15,650 nt of DNA, taken from the IMG/VR virus record IMGVR_UViG_2703718817_000011; one strand, 5' to 3'. This document shows positions 1 to 7,692 of the stretch, in pieces; positions within the stretch are counted from its first letter, which is position 1; each line of letters opens with the position of its first letter. Origin of the DNA: a virus (lineage: Duplodnaviria; Heunggongvirae; Uroviricota; Caudoviricetes). A model generated the notes under the pieces. The model worked only from the letters and a program-made list of their open reading frames with translations. It did not search any database and was not told where the DNA came from. The position numbers were made by a program, and so were the translations under genes.

Positions 1-165
1 ATGGCAAAGCCGATCATCACGCTCAATGGCCTAAAAATCGTCATTATGTTGGGAATGCTGGTCATTATTCTCTGCGGTATCCGTTTTGCCGCCGAGATCA
101 TCGTGCCGTTTATTCTCGCATTATTTATTGCTGTTATATATAACTTATCCCGCATAGTGCATTGA
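1..165 (+). pseudogene. tqsA: Truncated 5' fragment of AI-2 exporter gene tqsA (ydgG), interrupted by the inserted element
   Basis: ORF at nt 1 translates [46 protein letters not shown], which matches the TqsA N-terminus from memory; it then diverges (YNLSRIVH) and stops at 163-165 instead of continuing about 340 codons. Confidence 0.55.
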
Positions 166-210
166 TTTAATTAAGCAATTTTCACTGAGAAAGTGCCAAA
201 ATTCGCAAAA

Positions 211-234
211 TGACTACACCAGTGACTACACCGT
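211..234. repeat. Tandem direct repeat, 2 x TGACTACACC on a 12-bp period, about 70 bp inside the left junction
   Basis: tgactacaccag / tgactacaccgt at 211-222 and 223-234, read directly. Confidence 0.5.
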
Positions 235-620
235 TCGGTGCACTGTATGAAACAACGTGGAACAAATAGGCACAAGAAATATAAAGGCGGGTAATTTTAA
301 GGAGGCGTTGCTGTCGATATGGGGATCCCCATAACGGGGCTACCGGATTTTTTTTCCGGTTAACCTTTAATCAGCCAGGTGGGTTTTACATACCCTTGAT
401 CACCGTAATGATGATCCAGATGTGCACCTTTTCCACCAATGGCGGAAAAGCTCCAACCGTAACGATGATCGCTATGGTTGCCTCGATGGTCTGCGTGGTC
501 ATTATGACCATTCAGCCAGTGACCTTAATCAGAATTTTTCGCTAAAAAATGACGTTGGCCACGTCATCCGGAAAGCACAAAATCACGTCGATTTTTAATG
601 AACGGTTAAACCGTCTTTTT

Positions 621-660
621 GTCACGGTGTGTCACTGGTTGTCACTCTCCGTCACGATTG
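621..660. repeat. Four helically phased decamers each beginning GTCAC
   Basis: gtcacggtgt gtcactggtt gtcactctcc gtcacgattg with an exact 10-bp period, read directly. Confidence 0.55.
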
Positions 661-769
661 AGGTGGTGCTCATTCTGCCCGACCGCGCATTTTTGCGCTA
701 TCGGGAATATAAAACAGTTACCGCCGTCAGCTACCCAGCTCAGAATTGAGCCGCCTTTTAATCAACAAG

Positions 770-1051
770 TTACCGCCGTAACCGCTCCGGCTTCTTCCAG
801 TGATACGTGATTTTCTCCTTCTCCCGATACAGTTCAACGCGGCGATTGTAGGCCAGCATTTCCAGAACGCGGATCCGTATGTCGCGCATATCCGCATCAT
901 TAAGCTGGATACCATCACGGCGCATCACCTCAGCAACAACACGCGCATAATTTTCGGCTGTCACGCTGTCCGGCTGCGTGGTCTGTTCGTCAGCCTGCTG
1001 GCTGATTCCAGAGACGCGGCGGATTAATCGCAGTATTTCGGCTTCTGTCAT
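770..1051 (-). CDS. Hypothetical protein (93 aa), last gene of the packaging operon
   Basis: ATG at 1051 preceded by a GAGGT SD; starts 14 nt after the terL stop; no recognisable family. Confidence 0.5.
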   Translation of the reverse strand: MTEAEILRLIRRVSGISQQADEQTTQPDSVTAENYARVVAEVMRRDGIQLNDADMRDIRIRVLEMLAYNRRVELYREKEKITYHWKKPERLRR

Positions 1052-1064
1052 GCTGCTGACCTCA

Positions 1065-2726
1065 TTACACCCCGCTAAATTCTTCCAGTTTCTGGCGGTG
1101 GCTGTCGCTTATATCAAAAGCAAAATCCTCATGCTCTGCCTGGAATGTACCAAACGCCATCAGCGCCGCTACGCTCGGGTCTATCTTGTTCGGTGATTTT
1201 TTCTTGTTCGGCTTGATATTGGCGTTCGCGTCACTCTGCATCACGACGTTACTCATCGACCAGGACAACACCGGATCGCCACGATGCACAATCACCCTGC
1301 GGTTAACAAAAACTTCGAACGATTTCGCCGCCGGACTGAATCTGAGGTAGGTTTGCGGGAACGGCTCCACCTCAAAACCAGCCCCCTGTAATTGCGTCCT
1401 GAGATGCGTGGCGTTCCACGTATCAAAGCCCACCAGCCTGATATTAAATTTCTCCGCATCCTGCATGATGTCATCTCTGATCCGGTCGTAATCAATGCAG
1501 TCACCTGGCGTTGTGCGTATCCAGCCCGCTTTAGCCCACTGGCGATAGACAGCGCGGTTTTTATTGGCGGGGTTCTGTAGCTGGAACTCCGGCAGATAAT
1601 GACGGGAAACCAGCATGATATTTTTACCGACCGGAAAGGCATAGCACACGCTGGAAATATCGCTGGTTGATGATAAGTCCAGCCCCGCGTAACACTCCTG
1701 CCCGTGTAAATCTTCCTCCGTGAACGTTCCGGCACACTCAGCCCATGCGCCGTTACCCATCCACGGGGTAGCCCCCTGGCACCAGATATTAAATCGCTTT
1801 GTCATCATCTCCACCCATTGCGACGGAATACCCCGCGCTTTCTGGATGGTTGAGGCCAGTTTTTCACGATCCACGGAAACATCGATGTTAGGGTTAGCCT
1901 TTATCCACATCGCCGGATCATCAACCTCGTTTTCGTCGTCCAGCTCGTAAATCAGCACAAAAATTGAATCGTTGACCTCTTCGCCGTCCAGGATCTGGCA
2001 GCAATAATCATAGTGCTGTTTACAGGTTGAAACGACGTTACTGCCCGATGTGGTAATGGCAAATAACAGCCCTTCGGGACGTGCGCCCATCCCCAGCTCA
2101 AGCGCGGAATAAACGCCGTTATCGGGGTGTAGGTGGTATTCGTCCACGATGGAAAGGCTGGGGTTTGTTCCCTCGATGGTTGCCGCTTTTGCTGCCAGCG
2201 GCTTTAACAGGCTGTTGCTTTTCGGGTGCATCACCTTGTGGGCCTGAATATTCACCCGCCTGCGTAACGGTCGGGATAAAAGGCACATCTGACGCGCATC
2301 ATCAAAAACGATCCGCGCCTGGTCACGGCTCACCGCTGCGGTGTAAATATCCTGCTGCCCGTTCTCCATAATCAGAAACCAGTTAGCCAGAATCGCGGCG
2401 GTCGTGGATTTCGCATTTTTGCGCGGCACTTCGATAAAGGCGCTCGTGTATTTGCGCCGTCCGGTGGCCTTAACCTTAAAGCCGAGGATGCACGCAAAGG
2501 CGAACTGCTGCCACGGCTCCAGCTCAATGGGTCTGCCACGCATCGGCCCTTTTACGTGCGGGCACACCCTGGAAAAGGCAATAAACCGCTCCACAACCTC
2601 ACGATCGAACGTGTAAAGGGGGCTTTCAAGGTCCGAAAAGTACCGTTTAACGGCCTGTTTCAGCCGTTTACAGGCCGGAATTTTGCCCGTTTTTACGTCT
2701 TCTGCGTACTTATTCCAGGCGGTCAA
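1065..2726 (-). CDS. terL: Terminase large subunit (HK97-type)
   Basis: 553-aa ORF with an N-terminal ATPase Walker A-like segment (VPRKNAKSTTAA) and a C-terminal nuclease-like region; apparent TTG start at 2726 with an AGAGGA SD, overlapping the terS 3' end. Confidence 0.88.
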   Translation of the reverse strand: MTAWNKYAEDVKTGKIPACKRLKQAVKRYFSDLESPLYTFDREVVERFIAFSRVCPHVKGPMRGRPIELEPWQQFAFACILGFKVKATGRRKYTSAFIEVPRKNAKSTTAAILANWFLIMENGQQDIYTAAVSRDQARIVFDDARQMCLLSRPLRRRVNIQAHKVMHPKSNSLLKPLAAKAATIEGTNPSLSIVDEYHLHPDNGVYSALELGMGARPEGLLFAITTSGSNVVSTCKQHYDYCCQILDGEEVNDSIFVLIYELDDENEVDDPAMWIKANPNIDVSVDREKLASTIQKARGIPSQWVEMMTKRFNIWCQGATPWMGNGAWAECAGTFTEEDLHGQECYAGLDLSSTSDISSVCYAFPVGKNIMLVSRHYLPEFQLQNPANKNRAVYRQWAKAGWIRTTPGDCIDYDRIRDDIMQDAEKFNIRLVGFDTWNATHLRTQLQGAGFEVEPFPQTYLRFSPAAKSFEVFVNRRVIVHRGDPVLSWSMSNVVMQSDANANIKPNKKKSPNKIDPSVAALMAFGTFQAEHEDFAFDISDSHRQKLEEFSGV

Positions 2727-3066
2727 GCTCGTCCTCTTCTTCTGTTTCCGGTGGATTTTTACGGCGGCTTATCGGGTCAAAACCGAGCAAAGAGGCCATT
2801 TTTATCATCACTCTTTCAGCGTCGGATTTTGCGCTTAATGCGGGGTTTCTGCTCTCGCCGCCCTGACTGTTAACAATGCTGAACCCGCGCGCCGCAAGGT
2901 CTGCAACGGCTTTCCGGTAAATGGAGTAGTTGACACAATACAGTTCCAGATTGCTCCAGTCGGCGGGGGTCAGGTCTCCCCGTTCCGCAAGCTGCCTAGA
3001 TTTTTCCCGCCACTGCTTCACGGCGATATCATCCAGGTAGGCGGGGGCTTTCGGTGGTCTTGCCAT
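2710..3066 (-). CDS. terS: Terminase small subunit (P27 family-like)
   Basis: 118-aa ORF directly upstream of and overlapping terL; sequence resembles P27-family small terminase subunits (recollection). Confidence 0.75.
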   Translation of the reverse strand: MARPPKAPAYLDDIAVKQWREKSRQLAERGDLTPADWSNLELYCVNYSIYRKAVADLAARGFSIVNSQGGESRNPALSAKSDAERVMIKMASLLGFDPISRRKNPPETEEEDELDRLE

Positions 3067-3188
3067 GCTTATTTTTCGCCAGATTATTTTTCAAAAAATT
3101 CCCGTGCATAAAAATTTGAGGAGGCGTTCGGTGCCCGGCGGGGTCGGGTTGGTCCTGAAAACGCCCCCCACCCCGTCATACAGCCTCA

Positions 3189-3371
3189 TCAGCGATTGCG
3201 GAAACATTCCATAACCTCGCGGTCACGGTCGGTTAATCGCTTCGCTGTGATGCGTTCTGCGCGTCCTGACGCTTTATCTTTATGCCCTGTTTCCTGTGTC
3301 TTCCATGCGTCACGCTGCCTTATAAGTCCACGGATAAGGCGGTTTTGCTCCCGCTCATTCATCAGCGTCAT
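3189..3371 (-). CDS. Hypothetical small basic protein (about 60 aa) between HNH and terS
   Basis: Internal ATG at 3371 (or 3362) of track ORF 3189..3593, overlapping the HNH stop; highly charged sequence; weak SD. Confidence 0.3.
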   Translation of the reverse strand: MTLMNEREQNRLIRGLIRQRDAWKTQETGHKDKASGRAERITAKRLTDRDREVMECFRNR

Positions 3372-3795
3372 ACATCCAGTTATTGCGGTTAGCGGCCCGT
3401 TCTTCCTCTTCACGAAATCCACCTGCGGCACGCTTGCTTTTTGTTGCCGGATCAAGCCATTTCGTTTTCTGGTTATGACACGCCTGGCACAATGGTTGAT
3501 GGTTCCATTCGGGCCAGAAGAGAACATCATCACCGCCATTAATCGGGATAATGTGATCCACCACCACGGCGGGCGTATATATCCCCTTCTCAAGGCATCG
3601 CACGCATAACGGGTTTTTACTCAGATACATGGCGCGGTATTTGTCCCACTGTCTGGAATATCCACGCGCGCGGCGGTGTCCTCGTCTGGCATCCTCTGCA
3701 CGCCATGCCGCCCGCCTGTGCTCCTCACACTTGCCGGATTTAACGCGCCTGTTACAGCCTGGTTCTGTGCATCGTCTTAATGGTTGCCACGGCAT
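3355..3795 (-). CDS. HNH endonuclease (packaging-associated)
   Basis: 146 aa with paired Cys motifs and an HNH core (CxxC ... DHIIP ... N ... H ... CxxCH); located next to terS as in HK97-like cos phages; start overlaps the upstream stop. Confidence 0.85.
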   Translation of the reverse strand: MPWQPLRRCTEPGCNRRVKSGKCEEHRRAAWRAEDARRGHRRARGYSRQWDKYRAMYLSKNPLCVRCLEKGIYTPAVVVDHIIPINGGDDVLFWPEWNHQPLCQACHNQKTKWLDPATKSKRAAGGFREEEERAANRNNWMYDADE

Positions 3796-4091
3796 CAGTA
3801 CACCCCCACATCACGGTAAGCCGTCCAGAGTGCGCCTATCGTCATGGGTACGCGTGTTTTTGCGTTATCCGCGACAATCTGGCGATTTTCATACAGGTGA
3901 GCGATAAACATCATGCAGCCAATCTTTATGGCTGGCGTGAACTCCAGCCCGTCATCAAAGCGCCTGCCTATGTGTATCTGGCACGCCTCAAGCGATGCGG
4001 CAATGTATCCGCTGATTAACTGGTCTTCATCGTCGCCATCGATGCGGCAATGGAGTTTCACTTCTTCCAGGGTGATAAGTTCTTCTGTCAT
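3795..4091 (-). CDS. Head-tail connector protein (gp6-like DNA packaging protein)
   Basis: 98-aa ORF; N-terminal ITLEEVKLHCRIDGDDEDQLI pattern typical of gp6-like connectors (recollection); ATGA overlap with the upstream gene. Confidence 0.65.
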   Translation of the reverse strand: MTEELITLEEVKLHCRIDGDDEDQLISGYIAASLEACQIHIGRRFDDGLEFTPAIKIGCMMFIAHLYENRQIVADNAKTRVPMTIGALWTAYRDVGVY

Positions 4092-4426
4092 TTTTCCGCG
4101 CCCTCACGACAAAGAATTTCAAGGCGTGTCCTGGCGGCATCCGGCAGCGGCTGCCCGATGATATTCAGTACACGCCCCGCCAGCGGCCCCGTACTGACCT
4201 TTATCCGACTGGTGGCGTTGATGTCCTTCCGGTACCGTATCCAGATCCTTACGGTACCAATCGCCAGCTCTGCGCCCGATGAAATGGCCTCCTTGCTGCT
4301 GATCATGTTCACGCTTGCCCAGAGTGTGTGACCGTCCTCCCACGTTTCGAGTATTTCGCCCGTCATGGCTCTGGTCTGTTTCAGGGTCTGAATCGTTATC
4401 CTGTCACGCAGTCGCCCTATGTTCAT
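4088..4426 (-). CDS. Head closure / head-tail joining protein
   Basis: Start taken at the internal ATG 4426, which forms an ATGA overlap with the portal stop; begins MNIGRLRDRITIQ, a hallmark of the phage head-tail joining family. Confidence 0.65.
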   Translation of the reverse strand: MNIGRLRDRITIQTLKQTRAMTGEILETWEDGHTLWASVNMISSKEAISSGAELAIGTVRIWIRYRKDINATSRIKVSTGPLAGRVLNIIGQPLPDAARTRLEILCREGAEK

Positions 4427-5634
4427 TCCGGTTTTTCTCCCTCGCTGATTTTTACTTCCTGTTTCCATGCCTGGCTGAACTCATCACCACCATCACGCGG
4501 TGACAGTCCTTCACGTTCGCGGGCTTCGTTCGGACACATAACGCCGGATTTGATGCCGCGCTCATAGGTGGCAAAGCGTTCGCCAGGTGTGGCCCGTAAC
4601 AGGTCCGCGCTGTCAAACTCCACCTGATACCGGATACCAGGTACAGGCGAGGCCACCAGCAGGGCGTTTTTTATCTGCTGCTCAAAGTTCGCCAGCCACG
4701 GGCGCATCGTCATGGTGAGAAATGCGCGGCTTGCCTCGCTGAAATTGCTGTAGGTGCTGTTGCTGTATTCCTGCAAAAAAATCGGCGAGACGTTGAACAT
4801 TCGGGCGATGTCTTCAATGGTGAAGCGACGGGAGGCCAGCCATTCAGCATCCTGATTACTCATGCCCAGCTGCTGATAGCTCATACCCCCTTCAAGGATG
4901 GGCGTTTTTCCGGCGTTTCTGGCCCCTTTGTAGCGTTCCAGTGCGGCTAATGCCTGTTTGCCCTTCACGCCGTCCAGCCATTCGCCTGACGTGATAACCC
5001 CTGCCGCCATCATGCCATCACGCATCACGCTCGCGCCGTGGCGTTGTTGGGCCAGCCCAAGCCCCAGCGATTCGCGGCAGATGGTTACAGGTGAGCGCCC
5101 CATAAAGCCGTCATCCGTGGAGTAACGAAGGTGAAGTACTTCCCACGGTAAATAGTTGCGGGTGTTTCCGGTGTAGGCGTCAGTGATGCAGTAGCGCCAG
5201 TTGTGTTCGCCTGTCTGCTCCACGTTCACCGACTGCGGCGGGTAAGGATGTAAAGCCGCCGGAAAACCATCACGCCCCCACTGAATCACCGCATAAGCAT
5301 TACCGTTTAACAGGCAGTGGCGGATCATCATTCGCTTAAACTGGTAGGGGGTTTGCCATGCGTTCGGGCGCTCGTTGAGGATGTGATCGACCGGATGAGA
5401 ATCAAGCCACTCGCGGGCCTCCTTCCCCTTCTCATTGCGTACCAGGTACAGGTAACACGGCATGGTAGCCACCGCCTCAGAGATGACCGTGACGGCGTTC
5501 ATGACGGCGGGCAGTGATTCCGCTGTCCCCGATGATACGTACTCACCCGCCCCCGTGTTCGATGTGCCAGCCAGCGCCATAAATTCATCAAGCGTCATGC
5601 TGCGCTGCTCTTTTTTTCTTCTGAAAGGCCACAT
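4423..5634 (-). CDS. Portal protein (HK97 family)
   Basis: 403-aa ORF with portal-family features; GGGGGTG SD upstream of ATG 5634; starts immediately after the protease stop. Confidence 0.88.
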   Translation of the reverse strand: MWPFRRKKEQRSMTLDEFMALAGTSNTGAGEYVSSGTAESLPAVMNAVTVISEAVATMPCYLYLVRNEKGKEAREWLDSHPVDHILNERPNAWQTPYQFKRMMIRHCLLNGNAYAVIQWGRDGFPAALHPYPPQSVNVEQTGEHNWRYCITDAYTGNTRNYLPWEVLHLRYSTDDGFMGRSPVTICRESLGLGLAQQRHGASVMRDGMMAAGVITSGEWLDGVKGKQALAALERYKGARNAGKTPILEGGMSYQQLGMSNQDAEWLASRRFTIEDIARMFNVSPIFLQEYSNSTYSNFSEASRAFLTMTMRPWLANFEQQIKNALLVASPVPGIRYQVEFDSADLLRATPGERFATYERGIKSGVMCPNEAREREGLSPRDGGDEFSQAWKQEVKISEGEKPE

Positions 5635-5635
5635 A

Positions 5636-6208
5636 TCACACCCCCGCTAAATCCACCCACCAGCGGCGATTATCCGCACGCGGCATTTTTTCGGGGTGCT
5701 GCTCATACAGGGAACGGCGGGCCAGCTCCACGCCGGAATCAGGGTAAGCCGGAACGGATGTAACGGTAATTTCGTACAGTTCCGCCACCAGCACGGTGCG
5801 CACGCATGGATCTGTTGTGGTATCCCATACATCCTTACGGGAACGAAAGCCAAAGCTCATGCCGGATATATCACCACGTTTAACCAGTTCGATAACGTCG
5901 CGCCCTGTGCTGGTATCCGGTGGGGTCAGTTCAAAGCGTAACCCTGTTTCGTCCTCTTCCAGTTTCAGCGTGCCGGAACGGGTACGCCCCAGTAACATGC
6001 TGTGGTCATGCTCATACAGGCCGCGAACGTCATTACCCGCTGCAAGCCATTCAGTAAACGCTCCCCGCTGGAATTTTTCGTAAAACTCACCCCATAACAG
6101 TTCTGAAAGCTTATCCCAGCGAACAACGTAGCCCGTCAGCGTACCGGCTCCGCTGGTGGTGATTTCCGATGACCGGATTTCCATACTCTTCATAATTTTT
6201 TCACCCAT
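5636..6208 (-). CDS. Prohead maturation protease (HK97 family, S78)
   Basis: 190 aa with YEHDHSMLLGRT and ISGMSFGF motifs typical of HK97 prohead proteases; alternative starts at 6193 or 6184. Confidence 0.82.
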   Translation of the reverse strand: MGEKIMKSMEIRSSEITTSGAGTLTGYVVRWDKLSELLWGEFYEKFQRGAFTEWLAAGNDVRGLYEHDHSMLLGRTRSGTLKLEEDETGLRFELTPPDTSTGRDVIELVKRGDISGMSFGFRSRKDVWDTTTDPCVRTVLVAELYEITVTSVPAYPDSGVELARRSLYEQHPEKMPRADNRRWWVDLAGV

Positions 6209-6237
6209 AAAACACTAAAGGGGCTTTTAAGCCCCTT
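6204..6237 (-). terminator. Intrinsic terminator-like hairpin after the capsid gene (minus strand)
   Basis: AAGGGGC / GCCCCTT stem at 6218-6237 followed on the minus strand by a U-rich run (UAGUGUUUUAUG). Confidence 0.4.
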
Positions 6238-6247
6238 CTGTATGCTG

Positions 6248-7405
6248 TTAATCGTCGTCCTGTGGCAGTTCCAGAATCTTGATCGCGTTCGAATCCACCA
6301 CGCCACCGCCTAAATATTTCTGCGTGAAAATTTTGATGAAGCCCGGCTCTGTGAGGTTGTCCGGTCTGGTGCGAACACCTGTTTCGTGATCAACAATGTA
6401 GTAACCGCGTTTGAAGTCACCCAGGGCAATAACGTTATCAGGCATAAACTCCAGATATTCGACCGGAAGGCCCAGCAACGTATCAGGATCACCCGCCTGT
6501 AAACGGTCGCGCCAGATGTAATCACCGTTCGCGTTCTTCACCTTCTGAAGTTTTGCCGCCGTCGTGGAGTTAACCACCCAGACCGCGTTTTTGCGGTATT
6601 TTTTACGTAATGCAAATTTCAGGTCGATCAACGGGTCCGCAGATGTCCACGCCAGAGATTCGGAAGGTTTAATTACCTGCAACGTACCAAAATCACGCTC
6701 TTTGTCGTTCTTCTCTGCACGGGGTACGGATAAAAAACCTTTTGCTTTTTTGTCACCGTCGCCCACAACCAGATCGCTTTCTTCGGTTTCCGTGAAGGTG
6801 TCGCCAATCTCACCCGTCAGCCATGAAAGGATGTCCACATCGGAAAAATCCACGATTTCCTGTGTGGTGCGCGGGTACGCATAGACCGGATACAGCTTAA
6901 TGCTCACCTCGTTAATCTGCGGGGTGCTGGTCTGTTCGCGTGTCTTACCCTCTTCACCGTGGTTAACGGTCGCACCGCCAGCGGAAACAAGCTGCTTAAA
7001 CTCGTTGCTGCTGATTTTCTTCACGGTACAGATGCGGCGCATGGTGGACTCATCCGCCAGCATTCGCATGATTTCGGTGTTCAGCTCGGGGATAACGGTA
7101 TAACCACCATCAGCGGGAACGCCTGTACTTAATGCGCGGGTTTCACCCGTCAGAATGTAGTTTCGTAGTTCTGCGGGGTCAGTGGTCTGACTGCTTTTAC
7201 CTGGCTTGCTGCGCTCTTCGTCTGCAATGGCTTCAAGGCGGGAAATGTCTTTATCGAGGGATTCAGCTTTAGCGCGTAATTCGTCAAATTTTGCGCCCTC
7301 AGCATCGTTAAGACTGCGGTTTTCTTTTTCCGCGTTCTCCAGCATGTCACGCATCTGATTTTTAATGGCGGTTTTCTGCTGGCGTAATTCGATTATTCTC
7401 TGCAT
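6248..7405 (-). CDS. Major capsid protein (HK97 fold) with N-terminal coiled-coil delta/scaffold domain
   Basis: ATG at 7405 (the track ORF extends to a TTG at 7450); N-terminal coiled coil about 70 aa long followed by a capsid-family body (GGYTVIPELNTEI...). Confidence 0.88.
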   Translation of the reverse strand: MQRIIELRQQKTAIKNQMRDMLENAEKENRSLNDAEGAKFDELRAKAESLDKDISRLEAIADEERSKPGKSSQTTDPAELRNYILTGETRALSTGVPADGGYTVIPELNTEIMRMLADESTMRRICTVKKISSNEFKQLVSAGGATVNHGEEGKTREQTSTPQINEVSIKLYPVYAYPRTTQEIVDFSDVDILSWLTGEIGDTFTETEESDLVVGDGDKKAKGFLSVPRAEKNDKERDFGTLQVIKPSESLAWTSADPLIDLKFALRKKYRKNAVWVVNSTTAAKLQKVKNANGDYIWRDRLQAGDPDTLLGLPVEYLEFMPDNVIALGDFKRGYYIVDHETGVRTRPDNLTEPGFIKIFTQKYLGGGVVDSNAIKILELPQDDD

Positions 7406-7443
7406 AAAAAAAAGTCCTGGGGTTAAGTAAGGAACTCCAGGAC
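7406..7443 (-). promoter_or_regulatory. Leader hairpin plus U8 tract abutting the capsid start codon (attenuator or SD-sequestering structure)
   Basis: Minus strand reads GUCCUGGAG-loop-CCCCAGGAC then UUUUUUUU then AUG; the only SD-like AGGA lies inside the 3' arm of the stem. Confidence 0.45.
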
Positions 7444-7620
7444 GCGGCAAACACTCAACCGTTTTTCATAAGGAAATCAGCAATCGCACCGATCGTTTTC
7501 CCGCCTGGTAATGAATATTGGCGGGCACATTAACAGGCGGGAAAGTGGCCCCAGCGTCCTGGCACCACGGGCGAGAATAATCATGATTCAGTTCGGGTAA
7601 AATATGCCGATCCGCTCAGT

Positions 7621-7650
7621 GAACAACGTGGAACAACCACGAACAAATAA
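7621..7650 (-). repeat. Three helically phased TTGTTC repeats upstream of the packaging operon
   Basis: Plus strand gaacaacgtg gaacaaccac gaacaaataa; minus strand reads TTGTTC at a 10-bp period; related to the repeats at 251-270 and 14341-14390. Confidence 0.5.
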
Positions 7651-7653
7651 TTT

Positions 7654-7686
7654 ACAAAAAATAACAAAAAGCCGGATTGCTCCGGC
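7654..7686 (-). terminator. Intrinsic terminator after the perC-like gene
   Basis: GCCGGA-ttgc-TCCGGC stem at 7671-7686 followed on the minus strand by UUUUUGUUAUUUUUUG. Confidence 0.55.
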
Positions 7687-7692
7687 TGTTGA

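Noticed and set aside
549-810. Plus-strand ORFs 549..749 and 619..810
   Set aside because: They lie over the phased GTCAC repeat array and palindromes in what appears to be a non-coding cis-acting region; no RBS and no recognisable fold.
3196-3609. Plus-strand ORF of 137 aa
   Set aside because: Antisense to the well-supported HNH endonuclease gene, with no RBS and a low-complexity translation.
6248-7450. Longer capsid ORF starting at the TTG at 7450
   Set aside because: The extension would read through the hairpin and U8 tract; the ATG at 7405 gives an N-terminus that starts cleanly at the coiled-coil scaffold domain.
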